16,635 nucleotides of DNA, taken from positions 1 to 16,635 of the forward strand of contig JBBISH010000132.1 in the NCBI GenBank assembly GCA_037441385.1. Direction: 5' to 3'. Source of the DNA: Myxococcales bacterium. Lineage in GTDB: Bacteria; Myxococcota_A; UBA9042. Both the position numbers and the translations under genes were made by a program. Below, piece by piece: positions 5,624-13,745 of the stretch. Every line of letters begins with the position of its first letter. Position 1 is the stretch's first letter. The notes below the pieces were generated by a model, which did not search any database, was not told the DNA's origin, and was given only the letters and a program-made list of their open reading frames with translations.

Positions 5624-7927
5624 ATGGCGCACGACTCGGCCAACATCGGATTCCCTGTAGCGGCGCGCGCCGGCCAGCAACAGTCGCTGACCGCGCTGGG
5701 CCTGGCGCTGTTGGCCTTGGCGATGGCGGCCTGCAGTGGCAACACGGGCACCGCCAACCAAACCGCCACGCAGTCGGGCTTCAACATTCCCACCGGCACA
5801 GGCAGCGTCTCGACCAAAGACGCGACGAGCAGCAGCACCAAAGACGTCAAGACGGGCGGAGCGGACGCGACCACCAGCCAAGCGGACACGGACCAGCCCG
5901 GCGGCGACGGGCTGCAACCCCAAGACGATGCTCAGGCACCGCAGGACGACGCGAGTCAGCCGCAGGATGACGCAGCCCAACCGCAGGATGACGCGGACCA
6001 GCCGCAAGACGACGCGAACCAGCCGCAAGACGACGCAGGGCCACCGCAAGACGATGTGGACCAGCCGCCCGCGGATACGGCCCAACCGCAAGGCGATGCG
6101 GTCACTTGCCAGGTCGACGAGGACCAGGATGGCGCCTGCTATTGCGAAGGCTACGATCCCAAGAGCCCCATCGAAGGCTGCGACTGCGACGACAACAACC
6201 CCAATTTTTCGGGCACTTGCCCCGACTGCTCCGTGCCAGGCACGCCCGGCTGCACCTGCAAGGCCGGCGCCAAACCCGTGTCGTGCTACGGCGGCGAGCC
6301 CGGTTGGGTCGGCAAGGGCGCCTGCGTGTCGGGCCAGCACGACTGCCAAGGCGGCTACTGGCAACCTTGCGCAGGCGAAGTGTTCCCCGACCCCGAGAAG
6401 TGCGACGGCAAAGACAACGACTGCGACGGCGAGACCGACGAAGGCGTCAAGTCGACCTGCGGCACCTGCGACTTGACCTGCAACGAGCAGAAGATCGGCG
6501 GCGGCGGGCCCATGAGTTGGAACCTGAACAGCGAGAACTCGACGGGCCTGGGCCTGACCCCCAATGGCGACGTGACGCTGGACGCCAGCCAGATCAGCTT
6601 GAATTTGAAATTCATCTGGATCGCCAACTCGCCCAACAACACGGTTTCCAAGGTCGACTGCAAGACCATCACCGAGGTGGGGCGCTTCAGCGTCTGCCCG
6701 GATCCGTCTCGCACTTCGGTCGACCTAGAGGGCAACGTGTGGGTCGCCTGCCGCGGCGACGGCGCAGTGGCTAAAATCATTGCCGAAAAGAAGAACTGCA
6801 TCGACAAGAACGGCAACGGCGTCATCGAGACGTCTACGGGCAGCCAGCCCATCGGCAACGACGAATGCGTCAAGTTCATCGTGCAGCCGAACAAGGGTTC
6901 GTACGCCCGCGCGGCCGGCGTCGACAAAGAAAACCACGTGTGGATTGGCTACTGGAACAGCACAAGCGTGGTGCGCCTGAACAAAGACACCGGCGCGACC
7001 ATGGAGGACATCCCGCTGGGCTGCAATCCGTACGGTTTGGTCATCGACCAACAGGGCATCATCTGGCTGCAAGGCGCCGGCTGCGGCGGCCTGATCCGCG
7101 TGGATCCAGCCACCAAGGTGGTCACCAAAAAGGAACAGTTGCCCGCCCTGGCCTACCCGTCGGGCGCCTACGGCATCAACGTGGACAACAAGGGCCGCAT
7201 CTGGGTCGCGTCGGGCTACTCCGCGTCGTGTTTCGACCCCAAGACCCTGCAGTGGAAGGTGGTCAACATGCAGCCGTGGGGCGGCGGCCGCGGCATCGCC
7301 ACCGCCAACGACGGCTTTGTCTACCCGGCGGTCGACGGCTCGGGCGGCGCGGTCAAGATCAACGGCAACGTCGATCCGCCACAGGTGGTCGGCTTCATGA
7401 AGGGTGCCGGCGGCCCAGTGGGCGCCGCGTTGGACTACGACGGATTTGTGTGGGTGGTCAATCAAAGCGGCTCCAGTGCGACCAAATTGGATCCCAAGAC
7501 CATGGCGGCGGTGGGTACGGTGCCGGTGGGCAGTTCGCCGTACACGTACTCGGACATGACCGGCTACACGCTGAACTACTTCACGGCGCCCAAGGGTCAG
7601 TTCACAACCGTGTTCTTTGGTGGCATCGGCAGCAACCCGATCACCACCAACAACCCCAAGCAGGTCTGGCAAAGCCTGAGCGCCGAAGCCGACTTGCCGG
7701 CCGGCACCAACCTGCGCATTCGCCTGCGCGCCGCCAACACCAGCACGGACCTAGACGCGGCCAAGTGGTCGGCGCCGGTCGATTTCCCGCCCGAGACGTT
7801 CCCTTACGACCTCAGCGCCGCCGGCATCATGGGCAATTTGCTGCAGGTGGAAGTGCAGTTGCTGACCAAGGACAAGAAGCTGACGCCCGTGCTGAAGTCG
7901 CTGTCGGCCAAGTCCAAGCTCATGTAG
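5624..7927 (+). CDS. Cys-rich lipoprotein with MopE-like motif and a Vgb/NHL-like beta-propeller (767 aa)
   Basis: ATG 5624 with GGAGG at 5613-5617. Lipobox LAMAAC, acidic heptad linker, Cys-rich region with EKCDGKDNDCDGETDE, repeated blades (IWIANS, DLEGNVWVA, DKENHVWIG, DQQGIIWLQ, DNKGRIWVA, DYDGFVWVVN), PYTYSDMTG motif, and a beta-rich C-terminal domain. Confidence 0.9.
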   Translation: MAHDSANIGFPVAARAGQQQSLTALGLALLALAMAACSGNTGTANQTATQSGFNIPTGTGSVSTKDATSSSTKDVKTGGADATTSQADTDQPGGDGLQPQDDAQAPQDDASQPQDDAAQPQDDADQPQDDANQPQDDAGPPQDDVDQPPADTAQPQGDAVTCQVDEDQDGACYCEGYDPKSPIEGCDCDDNNPNFSGTCPDCSVPGTPGCTCKAGAKPVSCYGGEPGWVGKGACVSGQHDCQGGYWQPCAGEVFPDPEKCDGKDNDCDGETDEGVKSTCGTCDLTCNEQKIGGGGPMSWNLNSENSTGLGLTPNGDVTLDASQISLNLKFIWIANSPNNTVSKVDCKTITEVGRFSVCPDPSRTSVDLEGNVWVACRGDGAVAKIIAEKKNCIDKNGNGVIETSTGSQPIGNDECVKFIVQPNKGSYARAAGVDKENHVWIGYWNSTSVVRLNKDTGATMEDIPLGCNPYGLVIDQQGIIWLQGAGCGGLIRVDPATKVVTKKEQLPALAYPSGAYGINVDNKGRIWVASGYSASCFDPKTLQWKVVNMQPWGGGRGIATANDGFVYPAVDGSGGAVKINGNVDPPQVVGFMKGAGGPVGAALDYDGFVWVVNQSGSSATKLDPKTMAAVGTVPVGSSPYTYSDMTGYTLNYFTAPKGQFTTVFFGGIGSNPITTNNPKQVWQSLSAEADLPAGTNLRIRLRAANTSTDLDAAKWSAPVDFPPETFPYDLSAAGIMGNLLQVEVQLLTKDKKLTPVLKSLSAKSKLM
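5915..6103 (+). repeat. Coding 21-bp tandem repeat, 9 heptads of QPQDDAx
   Basis: QPQDDAQ APQDDAS QPQDDAA QPQDDAD QPQDDAN QPQDDAG PPQDDVD QPPADTA QPQGDAV. Confidence 0.92.
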
Positions 7928-7996
7928 GCTGGGCGACCTGGATAGCATCGCAAACCCAACAACATTCGACACCATGGTTCGCTGCGCAGGCGCGGG

Positions 7997-8025
7997 TTGA
8001 AACTCGCCTGCGCTCAGCGTACCTT
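7997..8025 (+). promoter_or_regulatory. Putative sigma70 promoter of the aldehyde dehydrogenase, overlapped by an inverted repeat
   Basis: TTGAAA (7997-8002), 17-bp spacer, TACCTT (8020-8025). GCGCAGGCG (7984-7992) and CGCCTGCGC (8005-8013) bracket the -35 element. Confidence 0.55.
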
Positions 8026-8047
8026 GCGGCGACTTGTGGAGGGTCCC

Positions 8048-9547
8048 GTGGCAGCCAATCTTCTCGTTCCCAATCTGGATCCGCGGGCACTGGCTCGCGA
8101 GTTGAGCAACAAACACCTGATCGGCGGCAAGCTGGTGGCGCCGCTCAGCGGCAAGGGCTTTGATGTGCGCAACCCTGCGACCATGGAAGTGTTTGCCCAA
8201 GCGGCCGAGGGCGACGCCAGCGACGTGGACGCGGCGGTGCAAGAAGCGGCGCGCGCACAAAAGGATTGGGCCAAGCTGCCGGCTCGCCAGCGCGGGCGGA
8301 TGCTGGCCGAAGCAGCGCGGCTGCTGGACGCGCACAAAGAAGAACTGGCGCGGCTGGTGTGCCTGGAGACCGGCAAGGCCATCCGCACCGAGTGCCGCGG
8401 CGAGGCCGGCATCCACATCGACACCTATCTGTTTTTTGCGGGGTTGGCCAGCGAGCTGAAGGGCGAGACCATCCCGTACTCGCCCGACGTGCTGGCGATG
8501 ACAGTGCGCGAGCCGCTGGGCGTGGTGGGCGCCATCATCCCGTGGAATGTGCCGATGGGGCTGATGGCGCTGAAGGTGGCGCCGGCGTTGGTGGCGGGCA
8601 ACAGCGTGGTGGTCAAATCGGCCGAAGAGGCGCCGTTCTGCTGCCTGCGCACTTGCCAGATCATGAATCAGGTGCTGCCGCCTGGGGTTTTCAACATCCT
8701 GAGCGGCATGGGTCCCGAGTGCGGCGCGCCGCTGGCGGCCCACCCGCTGGTCAAGAAGGTGACGTTTACTGGCTCGGTGGCGGCGGGCAAGTCGGTGGCG
8801 CTGGCGGCGGCGAAGAAGCTGATCCCGGTGACGCTAGAGTTGGGCGGCAAGTCGCCGATGATCATTTTGGAAGACGCGGACTTGGACCGGGCGATCGAGG
8901 GCGCAGTGGTGTCGATGCGCTTTACCCGCCAGGGCCAGAGCTGCAGCGCCGCGAGCCGCATGCTGGTGCACCGCAGCCTGCACGACGAGTTCGTCAAGCG
9001 CCTGAAGGCCAAGGTGGATCAGTTCGTGATGGGCGATCCGTTCGACGAGGCGACGGACATCGGCTCGATCGTCTCGCCCGGTCAATACGAAACCGTGCAA
9101 AAGTACTTGAAGATTGGTGACAACACCCCGGGTGCGGTGGGGCATCGCTGCAGCCAGGTGCCCACGGCGCCGCACCTGAAAGACGGGCTGTTCGTGCAAC
9201 CAGTGCTGTTTACCGGGCTGCCGCGCGACTCGGCGGTGGTGTGCGAAGAGATCTTTGGGCCGGTGACGACGATCCTGCCGTTCGACGACTTTGACGAGGC
9301 CATCGACCTGGCGAACAGCACCGAATACGGCCTGGCGGCGACGATTTGGACCAACGACCTCAAGCGCGCGCTGACCGGCATGCAGCGGCTAGAGGCCGGG
9401 TTTGTGCAGGTCAATCAGAACCTGATCGTGCAAGCCCAGCTGAGCTATGGCGGGATCAAGGCGTCGGGGATGGGGCGCGAGGCGTCGCTCGAGTCGATGA
9501 TCGAGCACTTTACCCACAGCAAGACGATTTTGGTGAACTTGAAGTAG
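8048..9547 (+). CDS. NAD(P)+-dependent aldehyde dehydrogenase (499 aa)
   Basis: GTG 8048 with GGAGGG at 8038-8043. ALDH motifs IIPWN, FTGS, LELGGKSP (catalytic Glu), RQGQSCSA (catalytic Cys), EEIFGPV, YGLAA, GGIKASGMGRE. MRFTRQGQSC recalls the CDD ALDH_MGR_2402 subfamily (from memory). Confidence 0.97.
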   Translation: MAANLLVPNLDPRALARELSNKHLIGGKLVAPLSGKGFDVRNPATMEVFAQAAEGDASDVDAAVQEAARAQKDWAKLPARQRGRMLAEAARLLDAHKEELARLVCLETGKAIRTECRGEAGIHIDTYLFFAGLASELKGETIPYSPDVLAMTVREPLGVVGAIIPWNVPMGLMALKVAPALVAGNSVVVKSAEEAPFCCLRTCQIMNQVLPPGVFNILSGMGPECGAPLAAHPLVKKVTFTGSVAAGKSVALAAAKKLIPVTLELGGKSPMIILEDADLDRAIEGAVVSMRFTRQGQSCSAASRMLVHRSLHDEFVKRLKAKVDQFVMGDPFDEATDIGSIVSPGQYETVQKYLKIGDNTPGAVGHRCSQVPTAPHLKDGLFVQPVLFTGLPRDSAVVCEEIFGPVTTILPFDDFDEAIDLANSTEYGLAATIWTNDLKRALTGMQRLEAGFVQVNQNLIVQAQLSYGGIKASGMGREASLESMIEHFTHSKTILVNLK

Positions 9548-9615
9548 TTTGGCCTGCGCGTCGGGCGAAAGCCCAAAGAGGGGTTGGCAGGGCGCGCGCG
9601 GAATTCACGAAAGAG

Positions 9616-9670
9616 TCCCAGCCCTTAAAAGGGCGGGCTATCATTACGCCGTCGGCCTTCGCCGACGTCT
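9616..9670 (-). repeat. Left REP-like arm
   Basis: tcccagcccttaaaagggcgggctatcattacgccgtcggccttcgccgacgtct. On the minus strand an ATAG foot precedes the CCCGCCCTTTTAAGGGCTGGG hairpin; second hairpin cgtcggc-cttc-gccgacg. Confidence 0.9.
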
Positions 9671-9692
9671 GGCTCTCGCTAGGGCCACAAGG

Positions 9693-10088
9693 CTACTCCA
9701 TTTCTGGTTGCCACGTGCCGTCTAAGTGGTGACGAGCTTGATTGCGCACATAGGCCTCTATCCTCGGAACGTCGGACGAGGACACGGAGAAGACGCCATA
9801 GCCGCCCTGCCACTTGAGGGGATCAGCGGTGATTTGGTTGGCCGCGCGAGTAGTCCACCCCTTTAGCTGCTGGACCAACGCCGCCACGGTCAGGCTGGTC
9901 GGCATGGCGCACAGCAAGTGGACGTGATCGCTTGTACCGCCCACCACGGCCCAAGGGCACCCAAGTCCCCGCGCCTGCTCCGCCAAGACGGGCCACAGCC
10001 ACGCCTGCATCGGTGCGCTGATCAGGGGCGCTCGATCCCACGTGGACCAGGCAAGGTGCAGGTAGATTTCCTGGCGGCGCTCGAACAT
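9693..10088 (-). CDS. tnpA: IS200/IS605-family (Y1_Tnp, HUH) transposase, 131 aa
   Basis: YLHLAWSTWDRAPLI, HUH motif DHVHLL, LVQQLKG, WQGGYGVFSVS and catalytic Tyr in AYVRNQARHH. Confidence 0.93.
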   Translation of the reverse strand: MFERRQEIYLHLAWSTWDRAPLISAPMQAWLWPVLAEQARGLGCPWAVVGGTSDHVHLLCAMPTSLTVAALVQQLKGWTTRAANQITADPLKWQGGYGVFSVSSSDVPRIEAYVRNQARHHLDGTWQPEME

Positions 10089-10098
10089 TTCCGTACCG

Positions 10099-10153
10099 AG
10101 ACGTCGGCGGAGGCCGAAGGCGTCATGCTAGCCCGCCCTTTTAAGGGCCGGGA
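10099..10153 (+). repeat. Right REP-like arm
   Basis: agacgtcggcggaggccgaaggcgtcatgctagcccgcccttttaagggccggga. A CTAG foot precedes the CCCGCCCTTTTAAGGGCCGGG hairpin; reverse complement of 9616-9670 with 5 mismatches. Confidence 0.9.
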
Positions 10154-10226
10154 ATCTCAAGGGAAATCAAGAAACCATCGACACCAGTTTGAGACATCCT
10201 GCGACGCTGGAAATTGGCCGAACTTC

Positions 10227-11030
10227 CTACTTCATCTTCAGCAATTCAGACAGGTCGGGCATCAGCAGGAATTCGACGCGGCGGTTCTTCTGCTTGCCTT
10301 CGGGCGTCGCGTTGTCCGCAACAGGCTGGTAGAACGCATAGCCACCCGAGGACAGCGTCTTGCCGCTCACGCCTTCCTTGATGAGGAAGCGCACCACGGT
10401 CAGCGCCCGCTCCATCGACAGGCCCCAGTTCTTTTCTTCGTCACCCTGATCGTCGGTGTGCCCCGCGACCTGGAACAACTTGCCCGGCATCTGCTTGAGA
10501 ATGCCGGCCAATTCGCGCAGCACGCCCGACGCCTCGTCTTTGAGCTTGGCCTTGCCCGAGTCAAACAGGATATCGCCCGAGAGCGCGATGATGAGGAAGC
10601 CGTTGCGCTCTTTGACGTCGAGCTTGCCGGCGGCGCGCATCGACTCCAAGGCCTGGCGCACCTTGTCGATGCTCGCCTTGACTTGCGCAAGCAGGTTCTT
10701 GGCCTCGTCGCGCTCTTTGGTGCACTGCGCCAGCAGCTTGCCCTTGTCGCCACCGGCGGCCACGCAGGCGTCGTACTGCTTCTGCAGGTTGGCCTTTTCT
10801 TCGGCAGCCTTGGCGGCAGCTTCTTGGGCAGCGGCGTCCTTGGCGGCCTTTTCGTCGGCGCACTTCTTCTGCTCAGCGGCAAACGCGTCGTCGGCGGCCT
10901 TCTTGTCGGCAGCCATCTGGGCCTTCAAATCGTTGATGTCCTTGTCGTATTTGGACTGCATCACGCAGCCCTGGCTGAGGCCCATGGCGGCAGCGGTGGC
11001 CCCGAGCGCGAGCAATTGCACAAAACGCAT
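10227..11030 (-). CDS. OmpA/MotB-like peptidoglycan-binding lipoprotein with a coiled-coil stalk (267 aa)
   Basis: GGAG upstream of ATG. Signal ending LSQGC, A/K/E/D-rich heptad region, OmpA_C motifs DILFDSGKA, VAGHTDD, NWGLSMERALTV, QPVADN, GKQKNRRVE. Confidence 0.93.
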   Translation of the reverse strand: MRFVQLLALGATAAAMGLSQGCVMQSKYDKDINDLKAQMAADKKAADDAFAAEQKKCADEKAAKDAAAQEAAAKAAEEKANLQKQYDACVAAGGDKGKLLAQCTKERDEAKNLLAQVKASIDKVRQALESMRAAGKLDVKERNGFLIIALSGDILFDSGKAKLKDEASGVLRELAGILKQMPGKLFQVAGHTDDQGDEEKNWGLSMERALTVVRFLIKEGVSGKTLSSGGYAFYQPVADNATPEGKQKNRRVEFLLMPDLSELLKMK

Positions 11031-11069
11031 GATCTTCTCCTGGCGGCGCGGCGGCCTGCCGTGGCTGTG

Positions 11070-11150
11070 ATGCTAGCACGACAATGCGGTCTGGCGAAAA
11101 TCCACACAGGCAGCCGCGCGCTTGCACCCGCGCCCGGATTTGGCCAGCAT
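11070..11150. promoter_or_regulatory. Putative divergent sigma70 promoters
   Basis: Plus strand: TTGCAC (11122-11127), 17 bp, CAGCAT (11145-11150). Minus strand: extended -10 TG-C-TAGCAT (11070-11078) with TTCGCC 17 bp upstream of the -10. Confidence 0.4.
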
Positions 11151-11156
11151 CGCGCC

Positions 11157-12782
11157 GTGCGCACCGTACCGCCATCGCTGTTGCTCGCAAGTTTGCTGCT
11201 GGGGCTGCTGGGCTGCCGCGACGCGCCGCCGTACATCGATCCCAGCCGCTACGACCAGGCCGCGCGAACTACCGGGGGGCCCCGACCGCGGCTGTTTGCC
11301 AGGACCTTGCCGACCCGCGAGCGATCGCCCGAAGCGCTGGTAGCCGACGCGCTGCAGCTGGGGTGGATCTGCCTGGACTTGCCCAAGAAACCGCGGCCGC
11401 GGCTGCTGCCGATGCAGGGGGACGGCAAACTGCGCGTGGTGGAGCGCGACGACGCGGCGGCGTGGCAGGTGCTGGCGGTAGACTTGGCGACCCGCACCGC
11501 CACCGTAGAGGTCGCCCTGCCCGATTGGCGGGCAGAGCCCGTGGGCGAAAGTTGGCTTGTGGGCACCGCGGCGGCCGCGACCTTGACCAACGACGACGCG
11601 CTGGCCCTGGCGATCGAAGTGTCGGCCAGCCTGGACCACCCGTCTCTGGGATCGCTGCAGCTCTTGACACGCGGGACGGCGGTGGAATTGGCGCCGGCAG
11701 CCACCCAGATCGACAGCTTTGTGGCGGATCCTGCGAGTCAAACCGCGTGGTTCGTCGACGCGCCCGCGGACGCCTCGGCGACGCTTTGGCAGGTCAACCT
11801 GGCCGGGCCACCCACGCCGGTGCAGTTGGGCGAAGCCGAGCACATCTGGGGCGTGGTCAACGACGGACGCCTGCTGGTGATCCGCGGACGGGGCGACAAG
11901 GGCAGCGAGACGCAGCTCTTTGAGCCGGCGAGTGGGCGACGCTGGCGCGCGGGCCCCAACGCGACCCAAGTGGTGGTGGCGGCCAACCGCGTCTTGCTGC
12001 AAGACGGACAGGGCCAGCTGTGGACCGTGGGCGAGTGGCCGATCGAAGAAGTGCCCCTGCCCGGCTCGCGGCGCGGTGACCGGCTTTTGCCCGGCGGCGG
12101 CGAGGCGGCGGTGGTGCGGACCTTCCCCGGTCCGGTGGAGCAGTTGGCGTGGGTTGAGCCGACGACGCTGCTTTCCGTGGGCTCGTTGGGGCCGGCGCAC
12201 TGGATCGCGGCCACGCCGATGAGCGAGGGCGTGGTGGCGGCCCTGGTGGGCCACGACACCAACGGCAGCGGCAGCCTGGACCCGGCCACCGACGAGGCCG
12301 ATGTGTGCGTGGTGGCGCGGGCGTTGCGGCCGCTGACCGTCCCCGAGCGCACCATGCCCCAGGGCGCCAATTTGGAGGGACTGCCCGGTGCAACGCTGCA
12401 TATGGCGCGCGCCCGCCCGCCGGCCGTGGCGACAAACGATGGCCAAGCCGTGTTGCTGGCGGCGCTGCAGCTGCCGTCGGCAGCCAGTTTGACCATGGTG
12501 GCCGCGGTGCAGCTAGCTTGCGGCGAGGGTGCAGAGCAGACGCGCTATGTGCGGGCCGTTGCTATGGATTCTGGGCAGTGGCGCGACCTATGCGCCACAC
12601 CGAGCCAGCCGCAGTGGCTCCCGCTGGCATGGCTACATCCGGCTTGGCGGCTGGGCGAAAACCTGACGGCGGGCGCCACAGCGGCCAACGGCGCAGCGGC
12701 CACAGCGAGCGGCGAGGCAAACGGGCGGCGGTCCAAGAGCGCGGCGGGTAGCGGCACGGCCAAGCAGGCCCACCGGAGGTAG
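11157..12782 (+). CDS. Hypothetical lipoprotein, beta-rich (possibly a propeller), about 541 aa
   Basis: GTG 11157, in frame with the 9918-12782 track ORF. MRTVPPSLLLASLLLGLLGC has a canonical lipobox. Trp-containing short strands and a DTNGSGSLD loop; the C-terminus is low-complexity. Confidence 0.72.
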   Translation: MRTVPPSLLLASLLLGLLGCRDAPPYIDPSRYDQAARTTGGPRPRLFARTLPTRERSPEALVADALQLGWICLDLPKKPRPRLLPMQGDGKLRVVERDDAAAWQVLAVDLATRTATVEVALPDWRAEPVGESWLVGTAAAATLTNDDALALAIEVSASLDHPSLGSLQLLTRGTAVELAPAATQIDSFVADPASQTAWFVDAPADASATLWQVNLAGPPTPVQLGEAEHIWGVVNDGRLLVIRGRGDKGSETQLFEPASGRRWRAGPNATQVVVAANRVLLQDGQGQLWTVGEWPIEEVPLPGSRRGDRLLPGGGEAAVVRTFPGPVEQLAWVEPTTLLSVGSLGPAHWIAATPMSEGVVAALVGHDTNGSGSLDPATDEADVCVVARALRPLTVPERTMPQGANLEGLPGATLHMARARPPAVATNDGQAVLLAALQLPSAASLTMVAAVQLACGEGAEQTRYVRAVAMDSGQWRDLCATPSQPQWLPLAWLHPAWRLGENLTAGATAANGAAATASGEANGRRSKSAAGSGTAKQAHRR

Positions 12783-12800
12783 CCGCGCACAGGCCCAGCT

Positions 12801-13745
12801 CTACTTCGGCAAGGCAGGCTTGTCGTCGCCGGTGCAGCATTTTTTCCACGGCGGCTCTTGGAATGCGGCGACCAGCGCATCGATGAACAGGCGGACCTTG
12901 GTCGACAGATGGCGACCGTGCGGGTAGACGGCCGATAGGTACGAGCCGGGCTCCATGTACTCGTCGAACAGACTGACGACCTCGCCCGCCAGCAGCGACG
13001 GACCGCACAGAAAATCGGGGGACATGGCGATGCCCAGCCCCGAGCGCACCGCGGCGAGCACCACATCGCCGTTGTTGCTGCGCAGGTCGCCGTGGGTCGC
13101 TACCGCGAGCGGCCCGTCCGGCGTGGCAAAGGTCCAGGTCGGCCCGGCCGACGAATACACGTACTGCAGGCAGTTGTGATGGACCAGGTCGGTCGGGTGG
13201 CTGGGCCGCCCGTGCGTGGCCAGATAGTCCGGCGACGCCACCACGAACAGTTTGATGGGGCAGAGGCGGCGGGCGATCAAGGAACTGTCGCCCAATCGGC
13301 CGATGCGGACGGCCAGGTCAAAGCCCTCTTCCAGCAAGTCGACGCGGCGGTCGCTCAGGTCCAGCTCGATGTTCAGGTCTTTGTGCACGCGCAAGAAGTC
13401 GGCAATGACAGGACCCAAGTAGCGGATCCCAAAGCTGAACGGCCCGGACACGCGCAAACGACCGCGCGGCTGGGTCTGCAGCTGTGAAACCGCGGTTTCG
13501 GCGTCCTCGACTTCGGTGGCGATGCGCGCGCACCTCTCGTAGAACGCCGCGCCCGCGTCGGTCAGGGCGAGGCGGCGAGTGGTGCGCTGCAAAAGGCGAG
13601 CGCCCACGGCGTCTTCTAGCTGGGCCACCTGCTTGCTCACCGCCGACTTGCTCTGGCCCAGCCGGCGCGCGGCGGCCGAGAACGAGCTCTCTTCGACCAC
13701 CCGGGCAAAGACCAGCATCGCGTTGACATCCAAGTTGTTGGCCAT
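12801..13745 (-). CDS. LysR-family transcriptional regulator, CrgA-like (314 aa)
   Basis: ATG 13745. HTH FARVVEESSFSAAARRLGQSKSAVSKQVAQLE…LLQRTTRRLALTDAG; PRGRLRV, DLLEEGFDLAVRIG, SSLIARRL, ASPDYL, KVRLFID. Confidence 0.97.
   Translation of the reverse strand: MANNLDVNAMLVFARVVEESSFSAAARRLGQSKSAVSKQVAQLEDAVGARLLQRTTRRLALTDAGAAFYERCARIATEVEDAETAVSQLQTQPRGRLRVSGPFSFGIRYLGPVIADFLRVHKDLNIELDLSDRRVDLLEEGFDLAVRIGRLGDSSLIARRLCPIKLFVVASPDYLATHGRPSHPTDLVHHNCLQYVYSSAGPTWTFATPDGPLAVATHGDLRSNNGDVVLAAVRSGLGIAMSPDFLCGPSLLAGEVVSLFDEYMEPGSYLSAVYPHGRHLSTKVRLFIDALVAAFQEPPWKKCCTGDDKPALPK

Larger units (their letters stand above)
9616..10153. mobile_element. Y1-transposase element (RAYT-like or IS200-like) bounded by REP-type inverted repeats
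   Basis: A single HUH transposase ORF between 55-bp arms that match at 50 of 55 positions in inverted orientation, located between two convergent genes. Confidence 0.85.

Noticed and set aside
5290..5889. Extended starts at 5889 (-) and 5351 (+), implying overlapping divergent genes
   Set aside because: Both genes have GGAGG-preceded ATGs (5289, 5624) followed directly by signal peptides; the extensions translate a non-triplet repeat.
5526..6103. Possible CRISPR array
   Set aside because: The 14-bp and 21-bp repeats are head-to-tail with no unique spacers, the 21-bp one is coding, and there are no cas genes.
9548..10226. TnpB/IscB (OMEGA) system next to tnpA
   Set aside because: No room for, or trace of, a RuvC-type ORF; the flanks are under 150 bp.
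10227..11030. Calling this gene flagellar motB
   Set aside because: It has a lipoprotein signal, lacks the MotB transmembrane motif with the essential Asp, and has no adjacent motA.
9918..11156. N-terminal 413 aa of the 954-aa ORF 9918-12782
   Set aside because: Antisense to tnpA, the REP arm and the OmpA-like gene; the credible protein starts at the signal peptide at 11157.
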